Below are positions 14,816 to 23,680 of a stretch of DNA of 32,000 nucleotides, piece by piece. How positions within the stretch are numbered: the first letter of the stretch is position 1; every line of letters starts with the position of its first letter. A program made the translations under genes and the position numbers. The DNA is taken from contig LVZN01000002.1 in assembly GCA_001695645.1 (NCBI GenBank), positions 1 through 32,000 of the forward strand, given 5' to 3'. The stretch comes from Erysipelotrichaceae bacterium MTC7. Its GTDB lineage: Bacteria; Bacillota_I; Bacilli_A; Erysipelotrichales; Erysipelotrichaceae. The notes under the pieces are model-generated. The model did no database searches. It saw only the letters and a list, made by a program, of their open reading frames with translations, and was not told the origin of the DNA.

Positions 14816-17204
14816 TCTTCAAATCCTCCGGGCGGGTGGTGAGCAGGTTATATATCTCCCCCTTGGGGAAACGGTCAACAAAGGGGATGGTCACATCCCC
14901 ATAGAACAGCAGGCCCTCGCCGGAATTAGAGTGGGTGATGTAGGAAAGCTGGTGCTCGGAAATGCCGAGCTGCTTTGCCAAAATCGCCCGGTCACTTTGG
15001 GCCTGGGCCAGCAGGATCATAAAATCGGTGTTGTCCAGAATGGCCTCGATCTCCCGGCTGGCCAATAAGTCTTTGACGTTCTGCGTTAAAGCCGAGGGGA
15101 CGCAGCCCTTTTTGCGAAGCATCTTCCACACGGCTACAAAGTAGCTGGCGGTGAGGGCGTCCCGGAGCAAAATATGAAACTCGTCAAAGTAGCACCAGGT
15201 AGAAATACCGCTGTGGAAATTCACGTTGACCGCCGAAGTTACAAAATCATTGGTGATGTGCATGGCGATCTTCCGCAGGTTTTCTCCCAGCCCTTTCAGC
15301 ACGATACACACCACGCGGGCGGTCAAGTCCACGTTTGTCAAATGGTTGAACAGGTTGAGGGAGCCGGTGCAGTAGAGCTCCAGGGCGGTCGCTACCCGCC
15401 GGGCCTCCGGCTCCGGCTGTTTCAGAAGTTCCTCGTACAAGTCCTGGAGCAAGGGCGGCTTGCCGTCCCCGATCCCCAGGGCCATATCCCGGTAGATGAG
15501 CCGTACACAGCGGTCGATCACCGTCTTTTCGATAGGCTGCAAACCATCCTTACCGCCCACCACCAGCTCGCACAGGGACAACAAAAAATCCGCTTTCATG
15601 GAAAGCGGGCTCTCGTCCTCGTCCATATCCAGCCGGATGTCCATAGGGTTGATATGGCTGGGGGAGCCGGGGGCGATCTCAATGACCTGCCCGCCCAGCC
15701 GCCGCACCAGCGGGGCATATTCGCCCATAGGGTCTACGATCAGAATCCTGTCCTGGGGGATGGTGAGGAACACGTTTAGAAGCTCCCGTTTTGCTGCAAA
15801 GGATTTCCCTGATCCGGTGGAGCCGAGGTACAGGCCGTTGGCGGATTTCAGCTTTTTTCGGTCAGCCATGATGACATTGTGGGAAAGGGCGTTCATCCCG
15901 TAATAGAGGGAGGGCCCCGCCATCCGCAGCTCCCGCGTCATAAAGGGAATGAAGATGGCCGTGGAGCTGGTTGTCATGCCCCGCTGGATTTCCACCTCGT
16001 TATAGCCCAGGGCCAGGGAGGACACGAAGCCCTGCTCCTGCTGCCAGTCCAGCCGCTTCAAGGCGCAGTTATATTTCTGTGCGATGCCGCCCACTGTAAA
16101 AATATCGTTTTCCAACCGTTGGCGGGTGGGGGCGATATTGATCACCGTGAACGTCAAGAGGAACATCCGCTCGTTGCGGGATTGCAGATCGGCCAGCAGC
16201 TCCGCTGCGTCTTTGGAAAAGGTAATGAGATCGGGTGGCAGGATGTCGGGATCATATCCGGCCCGCACCGCCTTGCGCTGTTCCTCCACTTTCATTTTTC
16301 CAATGTCGGACAGCTTGCCTTTTACCGTTTTAATAGCCTTGAGCTGATCCACCGTCTGAATGTGCATAGTCACAGTCAGCTCTGCGTCCAGTTCCAGGAT
16401 CTCCGCCAGGAGCTTGTCAGAGAGCTCCGAAGCCATGATCTGCAAATAGGAGGCCGCGCCCCAATACTGGCCCACCCGGAACAGGCGGGACTGCCTAAAG
16501 TCGAAGCTGTCCGGGGCGATATAGTCCTTTGTCCCCATCCCTGTTTTGGGAATATCCTGCCAGGAGAAGCGGAACGGCTCCCGGTTCCCAGGGTGCATCT
16601 GGCTGTGAAGCAGGGCCAGCCGCGCCCGCCCGTCCAGGGGCTCCGAGGGCACCCCCAGCCGTTTGAGGTTGCCTGTCACATCGGCCTCCACGCGCTCCAG
16701 CCGGGGCCGGGCCTCCCCGATCCCCTCGGCGGGGAGCCCAAAGGTGATATATTTGGAACGCTCGATCCCGTTGTTCGACCGGGCGATCTGATTTTTCAGC
16801 ATCCCCGTGAACTCGCCCCGGACACTGTTGAAGCTGTCCTCCGCCTGGGGGATATTCACCCGGTATTTGTTCCGGGAGCGGGAGCGGCGGTTGATAAAGG
16901 AGAGCTGGAACGGCAAAGAGGTATCAAAGTAATTGAGGAATGAGCTCCAGCCGCCAAAGATGGCCGTCTGATCCTCGGTGCTTGCCACGGAATAATTGAT
17001 GTCCTCATACTCCACCGTTTTTGTGTAAAGCCCGCCGGGGAGCTGACATACCCCGTCCGGGTGCATCACCAGATAAGGGATCGTCTGCTGGGCGGACAAA
17101 ACAGCTTTCCGGTCAGCGGCCTTTCCGGAGCCGCGCTTTTGATTTTCTGCTTTTTGCAATCGCATCCTCCTTTCCCACAGCGCCCCGATGGGTGAACGGG
17201 GCAT
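14796..17204 (-). CDS. VirB4-like conjugal transfer ATPase (CD1110/TcpF/Orf16 type)
   Basis: 802 aa. Walker A GSTGSGKS and Walker B-like ILIVDPMGE. The start may instead be the ATG at 17165 or the TTG at 17159, next to AAGGAGG. Confidence 0.93.
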   Translation of the reverse strand: MPRSPIGALWERRMRLQKAENQKRGSGKAADRKAVLSAQQTIPYLVMHPDGVCQLPGGLYTKTVEYEDINYSVASTEDQTAIFGGWSSFLNYFDTSLPFQLSFINRRSRSRNKYRVNIPQAEDSFNSVRGEFTGMLKNQIARSNNGIERSKYITFGLPAEGIGEARPRLERVEADVTGNLKRLGVPSEPLDGRARLALLHSQMHPGNREPFRFSWQDIPKTGMGTKDYIAPDSFDFRQSRLFRVGQYWGAASYLQIMASELSDKLLAEILELDAELTVTMHIQTVDQLKAIKTVKGKLSDIGKMKVEEQRKAVRAGYDPDILPPDLITFSKDAAELLADLQSRNERMFLLTFTVINIAPTRQRLENDIFTVGGIAQKYNCALKRLDWQQEQGFVSSLALGYNEVEIQRGMTTSSTAIFIPFMTRELRMAGPSLYYGMNALSHNVIMADRKKLKSANGLYLGSTGSGKSFAAKRELLNVFLTIPQDRILIVDPMGEYAPLVRRLGGQVIEIAPGSPSHINPMDIRLDMDEDESPLSMKADFLLSLCELVVGGKDGLQPIEKTVIDRCVRLIYRDMALGIGDGKPPLLQDLYEELLKQPEPEARRVATALELYCTGSLNLFNHLTNVDLTARVVCIVLKGLGENLRKIAMHITNDFVTSAVNVNFHSGISTWCYFDEFHILLRDALTASYFVAVWKMLRKKGCVPSALTQNVKDLLASREIEAILDNTDFMILLAQAQSDRAILAKQLGISEHQLSYITHSNSGEGLLFYGDVTIPFVDRFPKGEIYNLLTTRPEDLKNEAKTE

Positions 17205-17517
17205 AGATGTTTTCTGTTCGGTAGGGCCTCACCCCAGGCCGCAGGAAACGGGCCCGGATGATGTTTCGCACCACCTTTTCAAGCGGGAGCCCGTCTTTCT
17301 CATACATCGCCAGCAAAAAGGCCGGGAGCGCCACCGCCATCATAAGAAACATGGCCCCGGTGTTGCCGATAGAGCTCCGGGCCAGCAGGTAGGACGGGAC
17401 GCCCACCGCCGCCGCGATGCCGAAGCACACAAGCTGGCGTTTCGTCAGATTAAAGGCAAGTTTGGTTTTGACCTTTGATAGATCGTTGGGAACATTCACA
17501 TAGGGAATTTTGATCAC
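17113..17517 (-). CDS. PrgI/TcpE-like small membrane protein
   Basis: PYVNVPNDLSKVKTKLAFNLTKRQLVCFG plus two TM segments, in the usual position immediately upstream of VirB4. Start codon uncertain: GTG abuts the SD, and ATT lies 8 nt after AGGAG. Confidence 0.7.
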   Translation of the reverse strand: MIKIPYVNVPNDLSKVKTKLAFNLTKRQLVCFGIAAAVGVPSYLLARSSIGNTGAMFLMMAVALPAFLLAMYEKDGLPLEKVVRNIIRARFLRPGVRPYRTENIYAPFTHRGAVGKEDAIAKSRKSKARLRKGR

Positions 17518-17535
17518 TCCTTTCCGGCCCGGCTA

Positions 17536-17558
17536 CCTCTGGACAAAGTGTCCAGAAG
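17536..17558 (+). repeat. ICE palindrome copy R8
   Basis: CCTCTGGACAAAGTGTCCAGAAG, 11 nt after the C5-methyltransferase stop. Confidence 0.9.
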
Positions 17559-17569
17559 TACGGGTAATT

Positions 17570-18631
17570 TTAACGCAGGGCCTCCGCGATCCCAGCCATG
17601 ATATACTCCGCGCAGGGCAGGGCGATGGCGTTGCCCAGGGCCCTGTACCGCTGGGACGCGCTGATCTCCCCGCCGTCGGCCCCGTACTTCGTCCACCCCT
17701 CCGGCAAGCCCATGAGCCGCTCACATTCCAGCTCCGTGGGAAAACGAATACAGCCGCCCGCCGGATCGTCCTCGTACCAAAAGGCAAACGGTGTCACAGT
17801 ACCGGCTAACAGAGTGGGAAAAGGGTCTGCTGGAAATCCGAAGCTGTTTTGGAACGCTGTTTGTTCCCCCTCCTTGGCAGCCCCCCGCATACGGAACCCT
17901 TGAAAGGGTCTTGTGATGGGTACGCGCCCCCCTGTTTCAAGAACAGGGCCTCGATCTCCGCCGGGGGCGGGCAGCCCGCCCGCTGTGCAAGGCGCAGGAA
18001 GTGGGAGCATTGGGCGGGGCTTAAACAATATTTCGGGAGCACGCCGCCCTCCAAAGTCTGCCACAAGAAAGACGCGCTGGCGTCGGGCCAGCCGGGGCCT
18101 TGCCCAGTGCTGGGCATCCAAGAGCCGCCATGCGAGATCGGGGCATCCCCCTCGCACCATTCCGGCGCTTGCCCATCTTCCCGAAGCAGGCATTGGAATT
18201 TCGGTGTCTGTGAAAGCGGATAGGACGGCTCTAAAGTCCATCCGGTCATTTGAAGAAAACGCTCCCATGACGTTTTCCCAAATAGAGATAACTGGATATA
18301 GATCATTGGTGGCCTTTCTCATTTCTTGAATGATACGGATCGCGTGAAAGAACAGGCCGGATTTAGCCCCGGCAAGGCCGGTGCGATTACCGATCTGCGA
18401 GAGGTTTTGACAGGGGGAGCCAAAGGTCAGCACATGGACGGGCGGGATGGCCCCGCCGTCCAGTTTGGTGATGTCCCCCAGGTGGGCCATATCCGGGAAA
18501 TGCCGCTGGGTGATGGAGATCGGGGCGGCCTCGATCTCACTTGCCCACAGGGGACGGATGCCGCACCGCGACGCCGCCAGAGGGAAAACGCCGATGCCGT
18601 CAAACAGGCTCCCCAAAGTGAGCCCATTCAC
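17570..18631 (-). CDS. DNA (cytosine-5) methyltransferase
   Basis: Motif I LFDGIG, motif IV GSPCQ and motif VI ENV. The proposed GTG start at 18629-18631 follows AAAGGAGG and overlaps the upstream TGA. The ORF-track start at 18709 reads through palindrome R9. Confidence 0.88.
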   Translation of the reverse strand: MNGLTLGSLFDGIGVFPLAASRCGIRPLWASEIEAAPISITQRHFPDMAHLGDITKLDGGAIPPVHVLTFGSPCQNLSQIGNRTGLAGAKSGLFFHAIRIIQEMRKATNDLYPVISIWENVMGAFSSNDRMDFRAVLSAFTDTEIPMPASGRWASAGMVRGGCPDLAWRLLDAQHWARPRLARRQRVFLVADFGGRRAPEILFKPRPMLPLPAPCTAGGLPAPGGDRGPVLETGGRVPITRPFQGFRMRGAAKEGEQTAFQNSFGFPADPFPTLLAGTVTPFAFWYEDDPAGGCIRFPTELECERLMGLPEGWTKYGADGGEISASQRYRALGNAIALPCAEYIMAGIAEALR

Positions 18632-19212
18632 AAGACCTCCTTTTGGCCCGCTGCTTCTGGACACTTTGTCCAGAAGTCCGGGATCGTGGGCTCCACCTCG
18701 TTGCCCCATACATCCCAGCCGGGCGGGGACTGCCTGGCGAACAGCTCCACCCTGGGCAGGTCGCCCATGAGAGCCACGATCTTTTCACGGGCCTCCTCCG
18801 GTTTGCGGCTGTGTTCCCGGATAGGGGAAATGATAAACTGATGGACATTCGCCGCTTGCCGTTTGGGGTGTCCCCGTGTCGCCAGCAGGCAGACCTCCGC
18901 GTTGCCCCGCGTCCAAAAGCCCAGGCCGTAAAACCAGCCGGGGGACTTGCGGTTTTGTTTGAGCCAGACAAAAGCCACAGATTTATAGGTGAAGCCCCAC
19001 GCCTGGATCAGCCGCAGGGCCTCCGGGAGCTGCGGGAACGTGGCCCACAGAAAAAGCGCGCTGTCCTTGGCCGCAAGGTCGGCCACAGGCAACGCGCATA
19101 GTTCCGATATGCTCATGGTGGGGTAATGGTTTTCCGCCGCCCCCTGTATCTTTTTTGCTGTGTAGCGCCAGGGTGGATCGGCATAAATGATAGAATAGCG
19201 TCCGATAGTCAA
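18628..19212 (-). CDS. MT-A70-family N6-adenine DNA methyltransferase
   Basis: IIYADPPWRY (DPPW motif). TTG start overlaps the upstream TGA. The C-terminal tail carries palindrome R9 in frame (FWTKCPEA). Confidence 0.85.
   Translation of the reverse strand: MTIGRYSIIYADPPWRYTAKKIQGAAENHYPTMSISELCALPVADLAAKDSALFLWATFPQLPEALRLIQAWGFTYKSVAFVWLKQNRKSPGWFYGLGFWTRGNAEVCLLATRGHPKRQAANVHQFIISPIREHSRKPEEAREKIVALMGDLPRVELFARQSPPGWDVWGNEVEPTIPDFWTKCPEAAGQKEVL
18654..18676 (-). repeat. ICE palindrome copy R9 (in frame in a CDS tail)
   Basis: CTTCTGGACACTTTGTCCAGAAG, with symmetric CTT/AAG arms. Confidence 0.9.
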
Positions 19213-20000
19213 ACTCCTTTCTCCCCGGACTCTACCGCCGAACGCGCCACACGGATGCGCTCACTGGCGGCAGCGTAGTAGGCCGGGACGGTTTCAAAAC
19301 AAATAAAGCGGCGGCCCGTGTTGAGGGCGGCCACCGCCGTTGTGCCGGAGCCCGCGCAGATGTCCGCCACCACCTCGCCGGGCCGGGTGTAGGTTTTAAT
19401 AAAATACTCGCACAGTTCCACGGGCTTTTGGGTGGGGTGGATGGTGCGCTGCACCGTGGGGAATGTGAGCACATTCCCCGGAAAACGAAGCCCGTCCTCC
19501 GAGCCCCCGGATGAGCGGACAAACTTTCCATAGTTCGGGCTGTCCCCGTTGTTTTTCACATTCCGCTTGTAAGGCTTGCCCTGTTCAAACTGCGGATTGT
19601 AAAGGGGAAGTTTCTGATAGAACACCAGGATATTCTCCGTCTTTTTCAGCGGGGCCCGCCTTGCGTTGAGAAAACCTGTGCAGCGGCTCTTGTACCACAC
19701 CCACTCATAGCGGAGCATAGGGAGGTTGGAGGCCCCCAGCACCTTATCATAGGGGCACTGAGCGAAGAACAGCACCGCCCCCTCCGGCTTGACAGCCCAT
19801 TTCACCGCCTCCCACAGCTCCGGGAGGGACAGCGGCACATCCCAAAAGTTCCGGGTAGTGCCGTAGGGCGGATCGGTCAGCAGCATATCCACCGAATGAC
19901 GGGGCAGCGCCCGCAGCCCCGCGATGCCGTCTTGCAGGAACAGGCCCTCCTGGGACTTCTGGACACTTTGTCCAGAGGTATCGAATATCGTTTTTTCCAT
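19209..20000 (-). CDS. N4/N6 DNA methyltransferase (N6_N4_Mtase family)
   Basis: LLTDPPYG motif, and HPTQKPVELCEYFIKTYTRPGEVVADICAGSGTT. ATG at 20000 after GGGAGGTG. Palindrome R10 is in frame at residues 8-16 (TSGQSVQKS). Confidence 0.88.
   Translation of the reverse strand: MEKTIFDTSGQSVQKSQEGLFLQDGIAGLRALPRHSVDMLLTDPPYGTTRNFWDVPLSLPELWEAVKWAVKPEGAVLFFAQCPYDKVLGASNLPMLRYEWVWYKSRCTGFLNARRAPLKKTENILVFYQKLPLYNPQFEQGKPYKRNVKNNGDSPNYGKFVRSSGGSEDGLRFPGNVLTFPTVQRTIHPTQKPVELCEYFIKTYTRPGEVVADICAGSGTTAVAALNTGRRFICFETVPAYYAAASERIRVARSAVESGEKGV
19956..19978 (-). repeat. ICE palindrome copy R10 (in frame in a CDS N-terminus)
   Basis: CTTCTGGACACTTTGTCCAGAGG. Confidence 0.9.
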
Positions 20001-20014
20001 TGAAGCACCTCCCG

Positions 20015-20881
20015 TCAATGCGCCCCGAAGATGCGCTGGGCGATGCCGCCCGTCTTAAACAGCATAAAGCAGAGTAAAACCGTGTAGCCCACAATGCCCC
20101 AAATGGCCCCAATGGGGTCGCCGCTGGTGGCGATCCCCTGGACAAGCACCGCGTAAATGGCAACGCACACCAGAATGAGCATCCCTTGAAAGCCGACAGC
20201 GAACAGGGAGCGCAGATAATTCTGGCCCGTTTGCCCCACCTCCCGATGGGCCAGGGTAGCCATAGGGATAGGGGCCAAGCTGGTCAGCAAATAGATTTCC
20301 AGCATCCTGCCATAGACCAACACAAAAATGACAATGCCCAGCGCCCACATGGTCACACCGATAATGGAGGACTGGAGCCACAGGCCGAGAAGCGGCCCCA
20401 AGTCCATGCCCTCCAGGGTGGTTTCCAGCTCCGCCAGCATATCCGGCGTGATGTCCGTGGAGCCCTGGATGAGCCCGCCCGCCTGGGCGATCACGGACTG
20501 CGACACATCGAACACCGCCATCACGATATGAAAGGTGTTGGACAGAATGAGAATGGCACAAGCCGTCTTGAACATCCATTTATAGATATTCGCCACATCA
20601 AACTCGTGCATATTGTTTTTTTCCAAAAGCATCTGAATCAGCTCATAGGTGGCAACAAAGGTCAGCACCATCCCGGCGATGGGTAAGATCACCGTTTCGG
20701 AAAGCTGGCGTATAAGGGAGAAAACCCCGGCGTTCCACGCCGCCGGGGTAGTCCCCACTTGTACCGCGATCTCCCCGACCTGGGCGTTGACGTAATCGGT
20801 GAGCCCCTCCAGGTTTCCCATGATCCCGCCAATCAGCAGCTCTTTGAGCCAGTCCGTGAGCCAGTCGGTGAGAAAATCCAT
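20015..20881 (-). CDS. VirB6/TrbL-like polytopic membrane protein (CD1112 type)
   Basis: 288 aa with multiple TM segments, positioned between Maff2 and the VirB4 block. Confidence 0.78.
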   Translation of the reverse strand: MDFLTDWLTDWLKELLIGGIMGNLEGLTDYVNAQVGEIAVQVGTTPAAWNAGVFSLIRQLSETVILPIAGMVLTFVATYELIQMLLEKNNMHEFDVANIYKWMFKTACAILILSNTFHIVMAVFDVSQSVIAQAGGLIQGSTDITPDMLAELETTLEGMDLGPLLGLWLQSSIIGVTMWALGIVIFVLVYGRMLEIYLLTSLAPIPMATLAHREVGQTGQNYLRSLFAVGFQGMLILVCVAIYAVLVQGIATSGDPIGAIWGIVGYTVLLCFMLFKTGGIAQRIFGAH

Positions 20882-20890
20882 AATCCCTCC

Positions 20891-21103
20891 TTAGAACAAA
20901 CCAGACAGCAGGGGGATCAGCGTGGTGCCCAAAAGGATAATGCCGCCTCCGGCCATGAGCTGCTTCATGCCCTGGCTTTTGGAGCCAGGATTATCCGATC
21001 CGTAGCCCTCCAGCAAATTCACCACGCCCCACACGCCAAGACCAGCGCCGAGGGCAACAACGAGGGTCTGCAAAGTATCGATCGCGGAAGAAAAAAACTG
21101 CAT
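20891..21103 (-). CDS. Maff2-family small membrane protein
   Basis: 70 aa with two hydrophobic helices around the GSDNPGSKSQGMKQL loop. Confidence 0.68.
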   Translation of the reverse strand: MQFFSSAIDTLQTLVVALGAGLGVWGVVNLLEGYGSDNPGSKSQGMKQLMAGGGIILLGTTLIPLLSGLF

Positions 21104-21240
21104 AGAGCCTCCATTTCTCCGGGGATATTCCCGGCCTCGTCACCGCAAACTTCATATCATTCCTTTCCGCGCAAGCGCGAAAAGTCATTCATTCCGTTGC
21201 GGTTCCTCTTCCCACAAAATCTTTGATTTTGCGGGAACCC

Positions 21241-21268
21241 TAATAAATAAGCCGCCATCTCTGGCGGC
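21241..21268 (-). terminator. Rho-independent terminator-like hairpin after traG/virD4
   Basis: The minus strand reads GCCGCC-AGAGAT-GGCGGC then TTATTTATT. Confidence 0.45.
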
Positions 21269-21277
21269 AGGTTACGA

Positions 21278-21300
21278 CCTCTGGACACTTTGTCCAGAAG
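21278..21300 (-). repeat. ICE palindrome copy R11
   Basis: CCTCTGGACACTTTGTCCAGAAG, 6 nt after the VirD4 stop. Confidence 0.9.
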
Positions 21301-21306
21301 TAGGAT

Positions 21307-23160
21307 TTATACATAGGCATCCGGGTCATCCACATCGTCATAGTTGAGGATGTCCTCGTCCTCGCCTATGGGCCCTGTGTCTGTCCCGTCTGCCTCGTAC
21401 ACCTCACAAGCCTCGTTCAGCCCAGGCCGCCTGCGGCGGTTGATGAGCTTATCAAGGGAAAAGGCGTTTTTCACTTGATCGGCCTCAGCCGTATATTTGT
21501 AGTTCGGGTGCTGCTTCAAATCGTACTTTGGGGAATAGAACGGGGGCAGGCCCCGGAGCTGCAAAATGCACCTGTCGCCGGGCATGGTAGCAAGCTCGGC
21601 GGGGGTCATCAGCTCCCGGCCAAGTCGCTGGGTGTTGAGGTTGTAGCTTTCCGACTGGCCTTTGGAGCGCCCGTCCGTCTGCATATAGATCGTGGACTTC
21701 CCCAGCCAGTTTTCCGAAATCTCCTTAATGGTGGAACTTTCCCTGCCGCCCAGGAAAACAACGCTGTCCATATTTCCCATGATCGTTTCCGCGTGTTTGT
21801 CATAAATGGCCTTGCACTGTGCCATCTGTTGGTAAAAGAGCGTCAGCGATATTTCACGGGAGCGGATAACGGCCACCAGCTTTTCCAGATTGGGCACCTG
21901 CCCTGTATTGGCCGCCTCGTCCCACAGCACCCGCACATGATGGGGCAGGCGGCCCCCGTGAACATTGTCCGCCCTCTCGCACAGCAGATTGAACATCTGC
22001 GAAAAGGCCAGAGCTACAAGAAAGTTGTAGGTTGGCGTGGTATCGGAAATGGTGAAGAAAACCGCCGTTTTCCGATCCCCGATGCGGTCAAGGGCCAGCT
22101 CGTCATAGCTCATGATCTCCCGGAGCTGGGGGATGTCAAAGGGGGCCAGCCGGGAGCCGCAGGAGATCAAAATGCTTTTGGCCGTCTTGCCGCTGGCTAA
22201 TTTGTATTTTTTGTACTGCTTCACCGCAAAGCAATCCGGTTTGCGCTTTTCCAGCCCCTTGAACATATAATCCACCGCGTTCATAAAGTTTTCGTTGTCC
22301 TCTTTGACCTCCATGCCGGAGATCATATCCACCAGGGTATTCATATTCCGATCCTCGGCGGGGCCCTCGAAAATGATATAGGCGATGAGGGCGCAATACA
22401 AAAGCGTTTCCGCCTTCGTCCAAAATGGGTCGCCCTCTTTGCCCTCGCCTTTGGTATTGGCTATGAGGGTATCGACAAACTTTAGGATGTCGGCCTCGCT
22501 GCGGATATACGACAGAGGGTTATAGTGCATACTTTGGGAAAAATCAATGGAATTGAACACCTTGATCCGATAGCCCCGCCGTTGCAGGAAAGCCCCCACC
22601 TGGGAGAGCACCCCGCCTTTTGGATCGACCACCACAAAGCTGCACCCGCCCTTTTTCTTTGCGCTGGCCTGGAGAAGCTGCGGGGTGAGCCAAAACCGTG
22701 TTTTGCCGGAGCCGGACGAACCGATCACACAGGCGTTAAGATTGCGGGCGTTGGCCGGGTTTTGGGGGCGAGTGTTCATGGTGAGAAGCTCCGTCCCGGT
22801 GAGAATGACATTGTTTTCAAAGACAGGATCGACGAAAGGGGCTATATCTTTCGGACAGCCCCAGCGGGCTGATCCGTACTCCTCATCCCGCCGAAATTTT
22901 TTGGCGTTCTTGCTTTTTACATAGATCAGCAGCCGGAAGCCCACCGCGCCCACAATGCCGATGAGCCAGTCAAAGGGATCAAGCCCCGGCGCGAGATCGG
23001 CAAAGGCCGGGCCTACCGTCTGCCCCAGGCCCATGAGCTTATGGGGTAAATCCGCGCCGGCGGCCAGCCGGTAGGCCGTCCCCAGCTTCAAGCAGGCCCA
23101 CAGCACAAACAAATAGGGGATGTTTGGTATCACATATTTTTTTACGCTATCTGTCCTCAT
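21307..23160 (-). CDS. VirD4/TraG-type type IV coupling protein (CD1115 type)
   Basis: 617 aa. N-terminal TM segments, Walker A GSSGSGKT and Walker B-like RVLWDEAAN. Confidence 0.93.
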   Translation of the reverse strand: MRTDSVKKYVIPNIPYLFVLWACLKLGTAYRLAAGADLPHKLMGLGQTVGPAFADLAPGLDPFDWLIGIVGAVGFRLLIYVKSKNAKKFRRDEEYGSARWGCPKDIAPFVDPVFENNVILTGTELLTMNTRPQNPANARNLNACVIGSSGSGKTRFWLTPQLLQASAKKKGGCSFVVVDPKGGVLSQVGAFLQRRGYRIKVFNSIDFSQSMHYNPLSYIRSEADILKFVDTLIANTKGEGKEGDPFWTKAETLLYCALIAYIIFEGPAEDRNMNTLVDMISGMEVKEDNENFMNAVDYMFKGLEKRKPDCFAVKQYKKYKLASGKTAKSILISCGSRLAPFDIPQLREIMSYDELALDRIGDRKTAVFFTISDTTPTYNFLVALAFSQMFNLLCERADNVHGGRLPHHVRVLWDEAANTGQVPNLEKLVAVIRSREISLTLFYQQMAQCKAIYDKHAETIMGNMDSVVFLGGRESSTIKEISENWLGKSTIYMQTDGRSKGQSESYNLNTQRLGRELMTPAELATMPGDRCILQLRGLPPFYSPKYDLKQHPNYKYTAEADQVKNAFSLDKLINRRRRPGLNEACEVYEADGTDTGPIGEDEDILNYDDVDDPDAYV

Positions 23161-23653
23161 GCACCGCCTCCTTTGTGCGTTCCAGCTTTTGGGCGGGCTG
23201 GCGGGCCGCTTCTGCGGCGGCCTCCTTGATCTGCTCCCGGATGGGGGCCTTTGCGGATTTGGTGCGCTTTAGCAGCCGTTTGGAATATTCGGAGAAACAG
23301 GCTGTGATCGCGTCGGCCTGCCCCGCCTTGAAGAACAGTAAGTGTTTATCCGGCGCGACTTGATAAAAAGCATAGTCCACATTCCATTTCCGGGCCACCC
23401 GGTCAAAGAGGGCCGGGGCCTCCACCTCGATACTGTTGGTGGCGGCCCCGTGGCCCATGAGCTGCCCCACCGTCTGCCTGCCGTGGGGCGTCTGTTTTGC
23501 CCGGTGGTGTTTGGCGATCTTCCGGGCAATCGCTCCCAGCACACAGGCAAGCCCCCGCGCCGTGAGCTTGCTTGCCTTGATAGATACCGCTATGGTTCGC
23601 CTGGAAATATCTTCATCTACCAGCCAAATCCCTCCTTCCCATGAAAAAAGCAC
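23147..23653 (-). CDS. PcfB/DUF3801-like protein
   Basis: The sequence and its position directly upstream of the coupling protein fit PcfB. The ORF-track GTG start lies in the flank of palindrome R12. GGAAGGAGGG is followed at good spacing only by CTG (23621-23623), so the start is uncertain. Confidence 0.68.
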   Translation of the reverse strand: MLFSWEGGIWLVDEDISRRTIAVSIKASKLTARGLACVLGAIARKIAKHHRAKQTPHGRQTVGQLMGHGAATNSIEVEAPALFDRVARKWNVDYAFYQVAPDKHLLFFKAGQADAITACFSEYSKRLLKRTKSAKAPIREQIKEAAAEAARQPAQKLERTKEAVHEDR

Positions 23654-23675
23654 CTCTGGACAAAGTGTCCAGGAG
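23653..23675 (+). repeat. ICE palindrome copy R12 (one arm mismatch)
   Basis: CCTCTGGACAAAGTGTCCAGGAG, 5 nt after the ardA stop. Confidence 0.87.
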
Positions 23676-23680
23676 TGCCG

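Noticed and set aside
15031-15040. Isolated half-sites of the palindrome (TTGTCCAGAA at 15031-15040; TTTGTCCAG at 24131-24139; TGTCCAGG at about 13903 and 13955).
   Set aside because: Single 7-9-mers of this kind are expected by chance a few times in 64 kb of two-strand sequence. Without the partner arm they cannot be told apart from background.
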